Shown here: one piece after another, positions 14,000 through 28,047 of the stretch
Numbering within the stretch: position 1 is the first letter of the stretch
How the letters are laid out: each line of letters starts with the position of its first letter
Source: Lama glama
Lineage: Eukaryota
DNA length: 64,000 nucleotides
NCBI GenBank assembly: GCA_028534125.1
Contig: CM052816.1
Location: 70,682,001-70,746,000, forward strand
Direction: 5' to 3'
Translations under genes and position numbers: made by a program
Notes under the pieces: model-generated
Databases searched by the model: none
Told to the model about the DNA's origin: nothing
Seen by the model: the letters and a program-made list of their open reading frames with translations, nothing else

Positions 14000-14058
14000 C
14001 AGCGTATGCAGAAATTACAAGCAAAATATGGACAATTTTCTTATTTTTGTGCTGTCAG
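14000..14058 (-). other. Candidate 59-nt minus-strand exon, probably non-coding
   Basis: Minus-strand acceptor TTCTCTTCAACATTCTTTCATCTCCCATCCAG| and donor CTG|GTAAGG; stop codons in all three frames. Confidence 0.25.
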
Positions 14059-14819
14059 CTGGATGGGAGATGAAAGAATGTTGAAGAGAATTTAGATTAC
14101 ATGTTGATATCAGCGAATTTTTTGAGTTAAGGAGATCTGTGAGAACCAACTTGTCACACCCCACAGGGATCATGGGATGGTAGTTCCTTACTGATATTAG
14201 GAGATAACACCATAGGTTGAACTTAATCATAAGGAAAAAGCAAACTAGATAAGGACAGCTTTTCCTTCTCAAGGAAGTGAAATAATCAGAATCAAACTAG
14301 ACTTGTGAGTTGAGTAAATGGAGATTGAGTTCCTTTTTCTGATGTGCCCTGAGTTTAGTACAGTCATAGACTGCCCATATTTACAGATATGTTGGTTTAA
14401 ATGAACCTCCAATTTCAGAGGAAATTCTCAAGTTACAAGAAATATGAAATACACTGTAAGTTTCAGGAGAAATCCTTAGAAGATGAACCTCAAGATCTTT
14501 CTAAATAATCACAAATCTGGTATACCTGCATGCCTCAGTATCCCAAGAAACTGATGAAGCTGTCAAGTAAACTTTCCTCAATAAGTTGACTCACGAACCT
14601 TGGAATCCTGGAGATGTGTAAATAAATCTTAAAACCAATGAAATATTCAGCTCTGTAACCTAACTGGGCAAGCAACTAGCAGAAACTACCAAAATATATA
14701 CGAAAGTCACCATTGGTAATGTTAACCTAGATTAAAAATTGGAGTGAGCCCTAAAAAATTTCTTTAGCTTTCTTTAAATGCAAAAAATTCATTCTCATTA
14801 CTTCAAAATTGATCAATTA

Positions 14820-14932
14820 AAGTGAAGTGAAGTGTTCTTGTCTATTTCTCTACTGGAATTAGTTATTTTTAAATTTTTTTCTTATGTACAAATTCTTTAT
14901 ATCCAATAAAATAGTTTCAGTTATTTTGAAAA
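14820..14932 (+). mobile_element. Short polyadenylated retro-insertion with 15-bp TSD
   Basis: AAAATTGATCAATTA at 14805-14819 and 14933-14947; AATAAA at 14905-14910; A-run from 14929. Confidence 0.65.
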
Positions 14933-14968
14933 AAAATTGATCAATTAGTAGCAGTTGGTCAATTAAAT

Positions 14969-14995
14969 TATCTATCTATCTATTTATTTATTTGC

Positions 14996-15034
<39 letters not shown>
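14969..15034. repeat. (TATC)n/(TTTA)n microsatellite
   Basis: TATCTATCTATCTATTTATTTA...TTTATTTA. Confidence 0.95.
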
Positions 15035-15035
<1 letters not shown>

Positions 15036-17509
15036 GAAATTGACTAAAATATGTTCAGATTTCTTTGGCATGTTTGCCCATTTATTGGATTATATTTTAC
15101 CAGTGTTACCAATGAAAGATTCATGCAGCCCAAACTTGTGGATCTGGTCACATGACCTACAATAGAAAATGTATGGCACAAGGGGCCACTGACCCAGGTA
15201 TGAATCGTTCAACGTAGGACAGTTCCCTGAGATGTCCCTAAGATATAATGAAAAGTAAACAAGACTCTTTCTGTTGTAACAACATAATCTAATATATTCT
15301 CTAAGGGAACAATCACTTGGCCACAGGGGCAACTTTAAAGATCATGATCCCTTTTCTTATGGCCCGCATGGTCTCATCTTACTCCTCTGCTTCTCTCTGG
15401 CTGTCTCTTCTGTTGTCATTATTATCTGGCCAACCTCACAAAATTAAAAGTTAAACTTTAACAAATATAAAAATGAAATTCTTATAAAAGCAAAAAATCA
15501 AAAAGGAGCAAATCTGGTTATCTTAGTGAGAAGCCAGGCCACTTTATGGCTCACAGGCCAATCCAAGTTGCATGCTTTTGGGTTCAGTGCTCAGGAATGT
15601 CACAAAGAATGACTCCTCTTCTCCAATGAACAGTGTGGAGCTGTTACACTGAACATGTAGTTTATGGGTGTTTGTGCGTGTTTGTGAGATGGGTACGTGG
15701 TGAACAAGGAAGTTTCTGAGACATTAGGCATGACACACACGTCTACTATGGCTTAGCAGTCTTAGTTATAAATATTCTTCAGAAGAAAAAGCAAACAGGA
15801 AGCTAGTGGCTTTCAGTTACGATCTATGAAGTGAGTTAGCAATCGTGACTATAAGATGGAAGTCACAAACTCAAATAAGGCCATGCCATGGAGTATGAAA
15901 AACTCCATCTTAAGTTGTTTTCCTAGAGATAAACATATGCATGGTAAAACATATAGGAATATTCTTCATTTCCAAAAATAAATGTGATTCTTCTTATTTT
16001 TTCTTAAATTCCTTACCATCTCTGTTAATTTTTTTCCTCTATTTTGATGGTGACATGGAAACTAAGAAATATTTTACTATAATAAACTAAAAATGCAGAT
16101 CAAATTAGATAGCAAATGGAAACTGACATTTGTTGGTGAAAAGGGTAGAGAGAATTGGGGTGAACAGGAAGATCTTGGCCTTGTATAAAGCCATTAATAG
16201 CTACTTAGATCCTAATAATTGTTGTCACTCAAGAATGTGGGCTTAGTGAGTGATATCTTCCAGTGCTTTAAAAGAGGTCAGACATTTAGAAAATTTAAAA
16301 ATTAGAAGTCATCTAATTTTTATATATTGGCTTTTCCCCTCCACTCTTCAATTCTTCTTTGGAATTTCTTCAAGGAATACCTATTTGGGGGCTGCAAACA
16401 GTCCATGGGTCTCTAGTTTGTTTCTATGTCTGGAATTAGAGTCAAAAATTTCTCTTTCTTTTTATATTTTTGAGTAGTTTTGTAATTTTTCATCTTAAAA
16501 AAGTATAACTTTTATAGTGATTAGAAGAGTGCGTTTGTTTGGAGGGTTAAAAAGGGACTTAGACACATCGAAACCCCCACTGTACTCAATAGACAGATTT
16601 TTGAGTAAATATTTTTCACATAGTAAAATAAGTGTAGAGAACTTTTAAAAAGTGGATTGAATCCTTAAGAGTTGGAATAAGGAGAAAAGAGACAAACAGG
16701 AAAGATTTGTCAAGTACCTATTTTTGTCACTACCTATGTGACTTTGGACAAGTCCTTTCTCTTGGGTGTAAGTTGCTGAATCTGTGAAATTAAGGGCCTA
16801 GACTACATCAAAATTTCTCGAACATGTCTGCCAGGAGAGAACCTGCAGTTGGAATTGCTTCCCAGATACACATTTTTAGTGGAATACCATGTATTTATTT
16901 TTATTTATCAGACAAACTAAGAGAAAATATGGTTAGACACAGGCAAAATATAATCACAACCATTTCCGTGCATGAGCAATCAAGTTGTTGCAATAAAAAT
17001 TTCTGGATTTTTCTATTTTCATCTGTTTGCCTCTTGCTTATTGATTTTTAATCTCTGTTAGTACTTGTTAGTTGATAAGTGACTGTAGCACTAACATCTT
17101 AAGAGAAATTTATGAGAGAAAAATTTAATTGAGAAAAATTTTCTATTAACTTACTACAAATTAGAAAAAAAATATAGCACTGTGCAATTTATGGTGGGAA
17201 ATCTTGGCCTAACCATTGTGGGAACATAGTTTAGAACCACTGGAGTAGGTTCCCTAAGACCCCTTCCAGCTGTAACATTCCTTGTATCTCTATTTTCCCA
17301 AGTATAGCCAGGCAAGATCCATGGACTTGCAATTGGAGAGAAATTCTCTTAAAAACGAAATATAGCTGTGGGTCATTTTCTGATAATTGAAATGGAAAAA
17401 ACAGACATTTGAGGACAAGTGATAGTTTAAATGCACGAACATTTTGTCCCAACAGTAAAGAGTTTATTAAACCTCTGTGTAATCACATCTCCATCCTGAA
17501 AGCTTCATC

Positions 17510-18095
17510 AATTCATTATATTCATTTATTTCAGAGACTTCTCTTTGTTAGGAAATTTTCTATGTGCTGGGGTTATAGCAATGAACAAAACAGAAAAAAT
17601 TCCCATCTTAATGAAGCTACATTAATGGAGAGAAATATAAAATAAATAAAATATGGAAAATAATATATTCGATTGTGATTAAGTTTGATGGAGAAAAATA
17701 AAGCAGAAATAGTGGGAAAATTGTGTGAAAGGAGTTGTGGGGGGATGAATTTAAGATAGGGTCGTCAGGAAAGGCTTCACTGTGAAGATGACTTTGAGTG
17801 CAGATGGGAAGAAGGTTTTGTTGTAATCCAGGATAAGAAGGTCAGAGTGGAAGGTCTCTGAGGAAGGAGCATCCCTGGAATGTACAGGAAACCGATCTGT
17901 TTGGAGCAGATTGATTGAGGCTGAGATTGGTGGAATATGAGATCAAGTCATGTAGGGACTTGTAGATTATTTAAAGAATTTGGCTTTTATTCAGAGATGG
18001 AAGCCAGTGGAGGATTTTGAGTAAAAATGGCATCATCTGACTTAGTTTTTGAAGAATCACTCTGTGTGCTTTTCTGAGATGAGACTATAATGGGG
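17510..18095 (-). mobile_element. L2 fragment
   Basis: ATTCATTTATT tail; TATGTGCTGGGGTTATAGCAATGAACAAAACAG; GGAAGCCAGTGGAGGATTTTGAG; TTTTGAAGAATCACTCTG. Confidence 0.85.
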
Positions 18096-20639
18096 CAAAA
18101 CATTTAATTGTGAATTGTTATGCTAACTATGGGCCATATTCCCTGTTGAGACTCTTTATAAAGGATGCTTCTACCTGGCCAAGCCTGCCACCAGTTGTCC
18201 TTTTGGAGATGCTGCAGTGAACTGGCAAAACTACAAACTCGTGCCAACCTATTTCAGAATAACATCTGAAACCTTCCAGAACTTGATTAAGTAGCCCAGC
18301 TAAATAGTCACTGCTAGCACAGTGTATCCCAGGACCCTGCCATTCTGGCCACCATTGATAGGCCTAGACTGGCCCCAAAGTTAGCCAATGATCTAAATAT
18401 GTATGCTCATCCTTTGTACTACATGATATTTGACCAAGAATTCTGGATCCAAAAAATAATAGCAAAAGTAAGTGATACCATACATTGTGATCTTGCCTTA
18501 TACCAAATACTATGCAAAACTTTAACAAAGTTTTGCCTAATGTGTACAACAACTCTTCATGGTAGATAGTAATATACCCATTTTTCAGTTGAGTAAACTG
18601 AATCTCAGTTTATCAGAAATAATGCCTAGAATCAGGATCACATGAAATCTTCTGATTCTGATGCCAGATCTCATTTTAAATAGATGATAAGTCTCTAATG
18701 CTCTCTAAGTTTTCCTTGAGTTTGAATTTAAAACCCACAGAAAATGTTATTTGGAACTTAGCAAAGGAGACATAGAAACAGAGACAAGGTGTATCTGAGT
18801 CATATGGGAGAGCAAAGAGGACCTGGTGCAAAGGTAGACAGGCTGACAGGGCATCTGGAAGAGTTATAGTCATCCCTGAGGCTTGATTATAAACAAGTAT
18901 CTGTGTCCTGGATTTGTCTTTCAATGTCTGCCCATAGGCTGTTTGAAGTATTTGCTGTTACTTATCCCCAGACTCCCTTATAATAAATCCATTCATTGGC
19001 AAGCATTGCTGCTGTGCCTTTAATACCGAAATCTCCTGCCTGTTTAACGAACATTCTTCATTGTGCCACTGTGAGTTCTAACTTAAATGCTGAAAGTATA
19101 ATTGTCTAATACACTATCTGATCTATGACAGCTCTCAACAGACTTTAGGGTAGTGTAATGTTAGTTCTCTTCTATTCCCTTCTTTGTGTTTATTTATACT
19201 TAAAAATAAGTTGGAGTTTCCAGACTTCCATTCTAGTCCAGCACACTGTTAGTTTCTTCCTTTATCTATTTTATAACAATTGTGAATTCCAAGGAGTGCA
19301 TTTCAGGGAAGTTATTATAGTTCATTTAAGGATAAAACCATTGGCATTTGCCCTCATGTCACCATTTGTAGCATCTACAACTTCTCAGAAATATGTTGCC
19401 TTGTCAGGCCTAAGAAGGCCTAATTAAATCCTCCTGTAAATTTCTCGAAGGCAAAGTAATTAAATAGTAGCTATTGAGGTAGTAATCATTATTTTATATT
19501 CAGTAGAGTCTTGGACATGAATATGGAAATAATCAACATCCCGCGATAACACAAAACAAGAACAATGAGTTTGATGGAAAGTGTCCTCTTTCTTTCTTCA
19601 GAACCAACCAGCTTTGTGTATTATCTCATATCTTCTGGGGCTCAAGTTGGAACAGCTCTTTACTACTGCCCTGGCCAACTTGAGACCTGACTTTGGGGGC
19701 AGGCAGCCCAAATAGAATCTGGAACTTGGGTCAAATTCATTACTAAGCATTATTCTTGTAGCACGGTCCTCATTGCATACCTTAGACCTGGGAAAGCAGA
19801 GGTCCTGTGCCTTAGAGAGCCTGTGTGTTCCTCACCATGTCCTAAGTCTCCATCCAGTGCCTGGGACCAGCTGGGAGGGGTTCTCTGAGCCTAGTAGGGA
19901 CCAGCTTGTGTTCTCTCTTCTGTAGCACTCTGTATGACCCTCTACCATGGCATAGGCAGGGACAGAATGTCACTCTGGAATCACTGAGGGTAGGCTCTCA
20001 TAAGGCAAATAAAGGGACCATGGATGTGAGGATCTGGGGACAAGAAAGCTGTAGAAAAACCCACTTTGGTGTGACACCACTGAGAAAGGCAGATTTTCAG
20101 GTGAATGGAAGGGAACAATTTTTCTGTCTTAGTGCAGTGGCAGAAGTTGGTCCTGTCCTGACCTAGTGTTCCTAAGGCTGACCTGATTCCTGATAGATAG
20201 CTTTAAAAGAAAACCCAAGAGCTCATCCCAAGGGGCTGTGAACTTTGGGCCTGGAGGGGAATTCCTATCTCCTGAAAAAACTCTATAAAAGATTCCACTC
20301 CAGGGGAACAGTCTTTGCAAAGAATCCAGGTTCAAACACAGCACTCCAGGGCCAAGTTCCAGGGATACATTCACTGGTGAAGACAGAAATTCTCTCCCTT
20401 GAAGCTTGTTATCTTCTGACAGAAATATTTACTCGTCACCCTGTGGGTAGCCCCTTGGTTTGTTAAGAAGGGTCTAACCACTGCTTTGTCCTTAAGAAGC
20501 CTTGCTTCCACCTAGAGAAAACTTGCTGATGAGTGATAATGGTTCATCTCAGCCAGATCTCTTCTGACTCATGATTGAATTATTTTTTTTTCTTTTAGTA
20601 ATTACACTTACAATTTAAGGATGTTTATTTCAGTATAAA

Positions 20640-21930
20640 ACTATCTAAAAAGTATATTGCTGTGCAATATTTTCTATCCTCTCTCAATCATGATAAGGTC
20701 TCTGGCAGGCTTTACTCACTTACTAGATATCCCTTGACCCCTGTCACCTTATTATTTTTGTATGGAAGTTTAATTTTATGCTTTTTAAAAGAAGTTTAAA
20801 AATTACTTTTTGTAGTCAGTAACAAATTAATTTGATTAACATATTTTTATTAACTTTTCATATTTCTTGCCCTTCTTCCAGATTTACCTGTCTGCCAACT
20901 GAAATATGTCTTGAATAAGAACTGTGTGTATTATGTGTTAGTGTGAGTACAAGTGTGTTTGTGAGTGTGAGTGTGAGTGTGACTATGTGTGACTGGATTA
21001 CGTGTGTGAGAGTGTGCATGAGTGTGTGGGTAGACTTTGTATATGTGCAAGTATCTTTATTTTGCTCTCAGTCTTGCATGGACTGGGCATAAAATTGTGG
21101 ATTGGTATTGACTTTCTCTAGCCTACTTAAAGGTTTTATCTAGTTTCTTCTTGCTTCTATTATGATGATAAAAATCTACTGTTAGATTTAGAGTCATTGC
21201 CTGTAAGTAATCCCTCTTTTTCCTCTGCTAGCTTTTAAGATCAGCTCCCTCTCTTGATTATTATGTTTTCAAGTGTAAGTTTTATTTTTATTTAATATCC
21301 TTGCTTCTTGGACTCTCTTAAACCTGAGAACCTAGTCCTTCTTTAAGTCTGGAAACTTCCCAGTACTAATTTTTTTAAATATTTCATCTCTGCTATTCTC
21401 TTTTTTCCTCTTCTTCAGGAACTCCTATTTTGTAAATGTTGGGTTCAGTTTAGATTCTTAACTATGTTTTTCTATTTCTCTTTGTCTTTTTATGCTAGAA
21501 TACTTCATTTCTGTGTTTTAGTTCATTAATTAATTAATTCTTGGGTTGGTTTGTCTAGAAATTATCCCATCTATTGCATTTTTGAATTCATTATTTTATT
21601 TTTGATTTCCAGGATTTATAATTGGCCTGTCTTTCTTCCTTCTTTTCTCTCTTTCCTTCTTTCTTTTTCTCTTTCTTTCTGTCTCTTATCTTGCTGTGTT
21701 CGTGTTTGTTTTTGCTCAAAATTTTTTTATTCTGTTTAAATGGAAATTATGTTTTCAGTTATCTCTTTGACATCCTTGACGTTTTAAAAATCTTTGTCAG
21801 ACTGTTCTCTGAAATAAATATCATATGGAAACGCTCCACTAGCTGATAATTGACTTTGTTGATCATGTTTTTTAGTATTAGATTTTCTTCATGTGTTTTG
21901 GAATTCTTGTATGCTAGTTTATTTTGAATA
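20640..21930 (-). mobile_element. Ancient L1M/HAL1-like fragment (ORF1 region)
   Basis: T-rich antisense L1-like sequence, e.g. TCTGGAAACTTCCCAGT...TTAAATATTTCATCTCTGC...CTTCAGGAACTCCTATT. Confidence 0.6.
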
Positions 21931-22033
21931 AGATTTCTCTGTGTGTGTGTCTCTGTCTCTCTGATCCTCTCTCTGTGTGTCTTTGTCATACATACACACC
22001 TCCCCCTCATACACATACGTGTGCTTCTGCCCC

Positions 22034-22038
<5 letters not shown>

Positions 22039-22072
<34 letters not shown>
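22039..22072. repeat. (CA)n microsatellite
   Basis: Perfect CA run. Confidence 0.95.
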
Positions 22073-22073
<1 letters not shown>

Positions 22074-22679
22074 TGCTTACCCCTCTTTGTCTAGGGGTTT
22101 TGTAGTTGCCTCTGCAGATTTTGAATCTCCAAGAGAGGGCTAATTTTATGATCATAGTTTGAAGTTACTGCCTCATGGGCTTGTTGGAACTATGACGAGT
22201 GTAGGCTGAAACCTGAAGACAGCTTGACTCAGTTTTAGAGAATGAAACTGTTTTTTTCCCCCAATGCCTTCTTGAATTCACCATTTCTATATAGCCATAC
22301 CTCTCATCAGTAAGTTGATAAGTCTTAGATTCCCCCTACATCTTTTTGCAAGTGAGGGAGGCTCACCAAATCCAGGGCTCTAAGCAGAGTGAAATTCAAG
22401 TCCTCCCCCATGATGAGAGGATGACTTTTAATGACCTTTGGCCAAGCATTGCTATATTATTTGTCATAGCTACAAAATCCAGAACACTGTGACGTCAGCC
22501 TCTATTCGCCACTCGTTGTTTCTGTTCTATTTCTCATCCACGTAGCTATCTTATATCTGAGTTCAGTTGTAGTGTGTGTGTGTGTGTGTGTGTGTATGTT
22601 TAACATTTTACCCGTCATTGATGAAGAAGGTTTTTTGAAGCATAAATTCTCAGCATCATGTTGGCTGAAAGCATCCTTC

Positions 22680-23780
22680 TCTTTTCAAGCTTCTTGAAAA
22701 AGTAGTCCATTTTCAGCATCTTCATTTCTTCCTCACCAATTAAATCCTCCTCTTGCAATGAGCTATCTGCCCCCACAACATCAATGAAATTGCTCTTGCC
22801 AAAATCATAGAAGACATCCAGTATTTATTTATCTGTAATATCTGTTTAATTTCTGGCAGAAAGTTCCCTTACTATCCTGCTTATTCTTACAATAAACTCT
22901 TCTGTGTAATCTAAGTGAACTTCTGTTGCTTGCAACCTGAGAATCCTAATGAACATGAAGCTGTAAAATTGATCTTTCTAAGATTTAAAGGAAAGTCCAG
23001 TTGTGTTTCTCACTTGCCTAAAATGCTTTGGTGATGCCGTATCTCTTACCTATGAGATAAAAGCTGAAGTTGCTTAGCATGACATGTCTCATCTTCTGCA
23101 CACTCCTTCTTCTTTTGCCCTCTATCACACGTTCCCCCAGACCCCATCTCAGACTTTATACCCCACCACCAAGCACATGTGCCTTCATCTCTTTGCACAT
23201 ATTTCTGTACCCTTTGCCTGTAACATTCCCCTCTTTTTCCCTAGTTCTGGCAAACTCCTAATCTACTTCCAACAGCCAAGTATCCTAATATATTCCTTTA
23301 TGAATACTTTTCCTACATATATTCGACAGTATGTAAGAGAGACTACTTGATGGCCTTTTGCACACTTTATCCTGGCTGTTGAGAATTTAACAGTGGGCAA
23401 GAACAGGCATGCTCCATGCCCAAATGGAACTTAAGTATTAATGGAGGAGATAGGCAGATGCTCACTGCATACATGCATCTGTGGTATAATTTCTATCAAA
23501 GATAAAGTTGTGCTACCAGCCGAGCCTGTAATTAGGAAATTTGATCTTGTGGAGGAGGCTTTCTTGACATTTATACAGAATTAAACACTCCTTTCTTTGG
23601 TATTGTCTGCATGGCTCTGTAGTTACAATTATCAAAATTTAAATTTGTTTGTATGTCTGTCTTCACCCCTAAGCTGTGAGATGCTTTCTCATTTCTGAGT
23701 CTCTGTCTTAAGCAGATGATGTGGCAGGTAGTATGGATGTAGTAACTATGAAAAATGACCTATTTTTTGAATGAGTTAAA
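22680..23780 (+). mobile_element. Decayed L2 fragments, including an opposite-strand L2 piece at ~23290-23570
   Basis: AATGAAATTGCTCTTGCCAAAATCA; TTTGCACATATTTCTGTACCCTTTGCCTGTAACATTCCCC; TGTATGTCTGTCTTCACCCCTAAGCTGTGAG. Confidence 0.65.
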
Positions 23781-24692
23781 GTGTAACTTTAGTCATGGAT
23801 TATAGGGAAATTTATGTTTTATTTCTGTCATTAACTTTCTCAAGAACAAGATGTTCAGTGTTTAGTTGTTTTGCAGAAAACAGTACCATTCTCTAATAAC
23901 TATAAGCTCTTTAGCATTCTTTCTTATAGGTCACAGACTGTTCTAGCAATTTCTTGCTAGCTTTGAGGCTGGAAAATGAGGGAACAGCATTCACTAGTCC
24001 AATTATGAATTATTTCAAAGGTCAGAGCACAAGAGCACAAACTACACTAGTGCCTTTCAGAGAGTGGAAAGTGATGAACATCTATTTGATGAAATAAATA
24101 TTGTAATGAGGACAGCAAAAATAGCCAGACAACTATATCAAGCATTTCTGGAACAAACAAGAGAATGATAAGGAAATGTTAATGTCATCTATGATTTTCT
24201 GATCTTGTAGATTCTTAAATATATAACACATAAAACTGATCAGAGAATGGACTCTACATAGATATGAATTCACTTCTTCAATTTCACATTGAAATTAAGT
24301 TCACTGAGCACAGTCCATGCAAAGCCAAGATTGTTTCCATACAGTGTCACTCCATCTGCTTCCTCTTCTAAAACTAGGTTAAAGATAGAAATCATGCTTG
24401 GGTTTAGACTCCTGCTCACTTCCTAGTGATCTGTTGAATTGCTTCTCTAGGCAGCTGCTTCAGTAGCTGCACAACCCAGAGCTGGGACCTGTGGCAACCA
24501 AACCAGGCTAACAGAGTGCATGGTCTGCATTTACATGTCTGGACACAAAGTCCTGGTCCCAGGATGTCCTAAGAGTTTTCTGTAAGACTACAGGTGATCT
24601 AGAGATCCTTTGACCCTTTATTATTCTCAAATTGTTTTCATCTGGACACCCTAAGTTCTCGATAAACTCCCAAAGAGGTTATTTATTATTAT

Positions 24693-25708
24693 TTTCTATT
24701 TTGACTATAGCCATCCTAGTTGGTGTTAAGTAGTATCTCATTGCTTTCCCTGATGACTCATGATGGTGAACATCTTATTATGTGCTTGTTGGTCACTTTT
24801 CTTTGGAGAAATCTCTATTTAAATCATTTTTCCCCTTTTTATATTGGGTTGTCGTTTTCCTGTTGAGTTGTAAGAATTCTTTATGAATTCTGAATATTAG
24901 GCCCTTATCATATATATTATTTGCAGTTATTTTCTTCCATTCTGTGAGCTGTCTTTTCACTTTCTTGATAGTGTCTTTTGAAGCACAAAAATTTATAATT
25001 TTGATGAAGATCAATTTATCTAATGTCCTTTGGTTGTTGGGATTTTAATGTCATAACTAAGAAACTGCTAATCCAAGGTCACACGGATTTACACCTATGT
25101 TTTATTCTAAGAGTTGTATAGTTTTTAACTCTTATGTTTAGGTCTCTTGATAGATTTTTAGTAATTTTTATATATGATGTGAGTAGGGGCCCAACTTCAT
25201 TTGTTTGAATGTGGATATTCAGTTCTCCCATCAATATTTTTGAAAAGACAGTTTTCCTCCCATTGAATGGTCCTGGCGTTCTTATTGAAAATCAATCGGC
25301 AATACATATATGGCTTTATTTTTGAGCACTTAACTCTGTTCCATTGGTCTATATGTCTGTCCTTATGCCAGTGCCACACTATCTTGATTCCTGTGGCTTT
25401 GTACTATAGTTTGATTACTGTAGTTTAGAAAGCAGGAAGTTTCTCAGAAGTTCTGCACTTGTGTTCTTTTCCAGATTGACTTTGCTATGCAGTGTCCCTT
25501 ACCTTTCCAAATTAATTTTAGGATCAACTTGCTCTTTTTTGCCAGAAAAGCAGTTGGAATTTTGATACAGATTGTATTGAATTTATAGATCAATTTGGGA
25601 AGTACTGCCATCTTAACAATAGAAAGTCTTCCAATCCATCAACACAGGATGTCTTTCCATTTTTTTCCATCTTTTTTTCACTACTTTCAACAATGTATTA
25701 TAGTTTCT
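24693..25708 (-). mobile_element. L1M ORF2 C-terminal fragment (decayed)
   Basis: ORFs 24793-25014 (IKIINFCASKDTIKKVKRQLTEWKKI) and 25197-25379 (WHWHKDRHIDQWNRV) match the L1 ORF2p C-terminal region. Confidence 0.92.
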
Positions 25709-28047
25709 TTTTAATTCCTCTTTACCTTCGTCCATATGGCCAACTTCAGAACCTGCTGCTATTTATACTGTGGTTGTGATAATTATTCATTCATTGCAGT
25801 AATTGGTCTTGGGGTCTAGAAGTAGTGGTGGAAGAAGTGCAGGCATTGAGGGGCTGAGCAGAGAAATGGTGGAAGGGAAAGGAAATTTCAAATAAAAACC
25901 AAGAGACAGGAAAAGGAATTCTGCTTATGATTGAGATGACTTCAGTAGTTCATGAATAAATAATTCATGACAGTATCAACTACTTGAAGTTAACTTTTTC
26001 CTGAACTGCCAACCATCTCTTTTACAAAATCACTCTTGAGAATTAAATTCAATAATGACACTTCTGTTGCTCAGATAATTTATTAAACCTCTTGTTTCAG
26101 AATTTCATTCAAGAACCCTGCTGTGGTCCAAGGAATGCTCTCCTGGTGGTGGTGCTGTTTCCTGAAGCTCATTACTACTTTATTAAAAGAAGTGAATGTA
26201 ATGATATAATAATGCTACTTTCTTAATGGAAGCTGGAAATCACAGTGATAATGTATTGATACATTAATTTGTGCTTAGTGCTAGGGGTATTTTTCCTCTT
26301 CAGTTCCTAGAGAGTAGATAGGCTCTTTTTGTTCTTTTGTATTAGGGGAGCTTTTTGTTTTCTCACTGAATAGGGTTTTCTGTACTTTGGTATATTTATA
26401 TTTTGAAAGCATGGGCTACTTAATGATATTAAAAAGTACTAATGAGAGAGGCAGCAAGAGGAACTAGAAGAACTCCAGGTAAGAAGTAACCCCAGACTGG
26501 GGAATGGATGACAACATTCACATTTTTCTGGGAGTTGGGACCCACGATTTATTCTGCTAAAAGTGACCCAGAACATTGGCCAAGTTCTTCCTGATAGCAG
26601 AAGGCATAGTTTCACGTGGAGACTGGGTCCTGGGTATTGATGATTCCAGCCTCGGTCAAGATTCCTGTGCCCAGTGAAAACACAGAGATGCTGGATATTA
26701 AGGGACCGTGAGGGCTTGGACAAAGATACTATTAGGGTTACCAGTGTGTCCCAAAGACCTAAGAAAGCCAGCAGATGTTTGTTCTATGTTGGATTTCTGA
26801 GTTCGGCATGATTGTGATGGGTAGTAGGGAATGGTATTAGAAGAAACCTCCAATTGTAGCTAATCATAACTAATCATAACTAATATTTCATACCAGCCCA
26901 TATCGGTAGGTATTCCAAGTTAGGCTGAACTAAATTTTAAGAAAATAATGTGACATTTCTGGCATAATCCTAGTACTTCATAGAAAAGACTCACCCCCTG
27001 GAATACTGGTTCTGATGTAGTTCTGAAGTGGGAGCTCTGCAATTGTATTAAACTATTGTGAAAGTAAAACAGTTTCTTCAGGGGGTGTCTTTGAAGTGCA
27101 GCCTCCATTTGGATATAACTTTTCACCTGTGCATCATAATTCTGCAATAGGCTGGTGTTCATGTGGGGCCAGGATTACATGCGGTTTAGAGTGTGGTGTA
27201 ATTTGAAAGATATGGGTAATAAGGATCATGATTCCTTTAGGTCTGTTTTTTCTGACCTTGAGTGGTTCCTGCACTAGGAGCCACACAAGGGTTTTCTGGA
27301 GCACAGAACATGCAAATTGTTGTTCTCTCTTCCTTGTTTTTAATCACCCAAGGCAAAGATTAACGTCAGATGCAGTTTTACATTAAGCTCTCCAATATCA
27401 CATTCATATGAAAATCATAAATTTTATAGTTAAACAGAAAAATAACAATTATTATTATGCTCCTTACTCCTGGCCTTGCAGATCTATCTAATCTGCCCGT
27501 AGCACATGCTACAAAGGGCACCTAAAGGACAACAGCAGGTAACAGCTTGACTCAAAGGTATTTCCTCGTAGGTTCCCCAGCTTGACTGTGTAACCTGCTG
27601 TGTTCTGTACCCGTCTCACTGGCTCTTCAAGCGCCTTAGCTTTTTAGTTGTGCCCCACATCTCAGTTGTTGGCCCTCTTCTTTGATTTTGTGACCTTTGA
27701 TCATGAGAGCTGGATCCTTTGCTGTTGGACCCTTCCTTTCCCCATCCACATAATTCAAAATTTCACATCTTCCCCAGCTTTGAGTGCCTTCATCAAGAAG
27801 AGACACTTGGTCTGCCAGTTTTGGTTCTCAAGGACCCACACCATCTTCTAGGGTGGCCCCAGCCTAACAATCACAAGCAGACACATCTGGTTCTCCAGCC
27901 ATCTACCCTTCTGTGTAGCCTGCCTGTTTGCAAGGTGGATCTGAGAAGGTAGAAGGAAAGGTACAAAATCCATGCTTACAACTGAAGTATTAGAGAGGGA
28001 AAAAAAGGAGAATTCTGATCTAGAAAACCTAGACTAAACTATTTCTC

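Noticed and set aside
21759..22155. Cys/Val- and His/Thr-rich ORFs (also at 9437-9689 and 42557-42739)
   Set aside because: Translations of (CA)n/(TG)n microsatellites.
22490..22497. Perfect CRE palindrome TGACGTCA
   Set aside because: A single 8-mer is about what chance gives in 64 kb, and there is no supporting context.
24793..25379. ORFs resembling real protein
   Set aside because: Fragments of decayed L1 ORF2p in disrupted frames, not a host gene.
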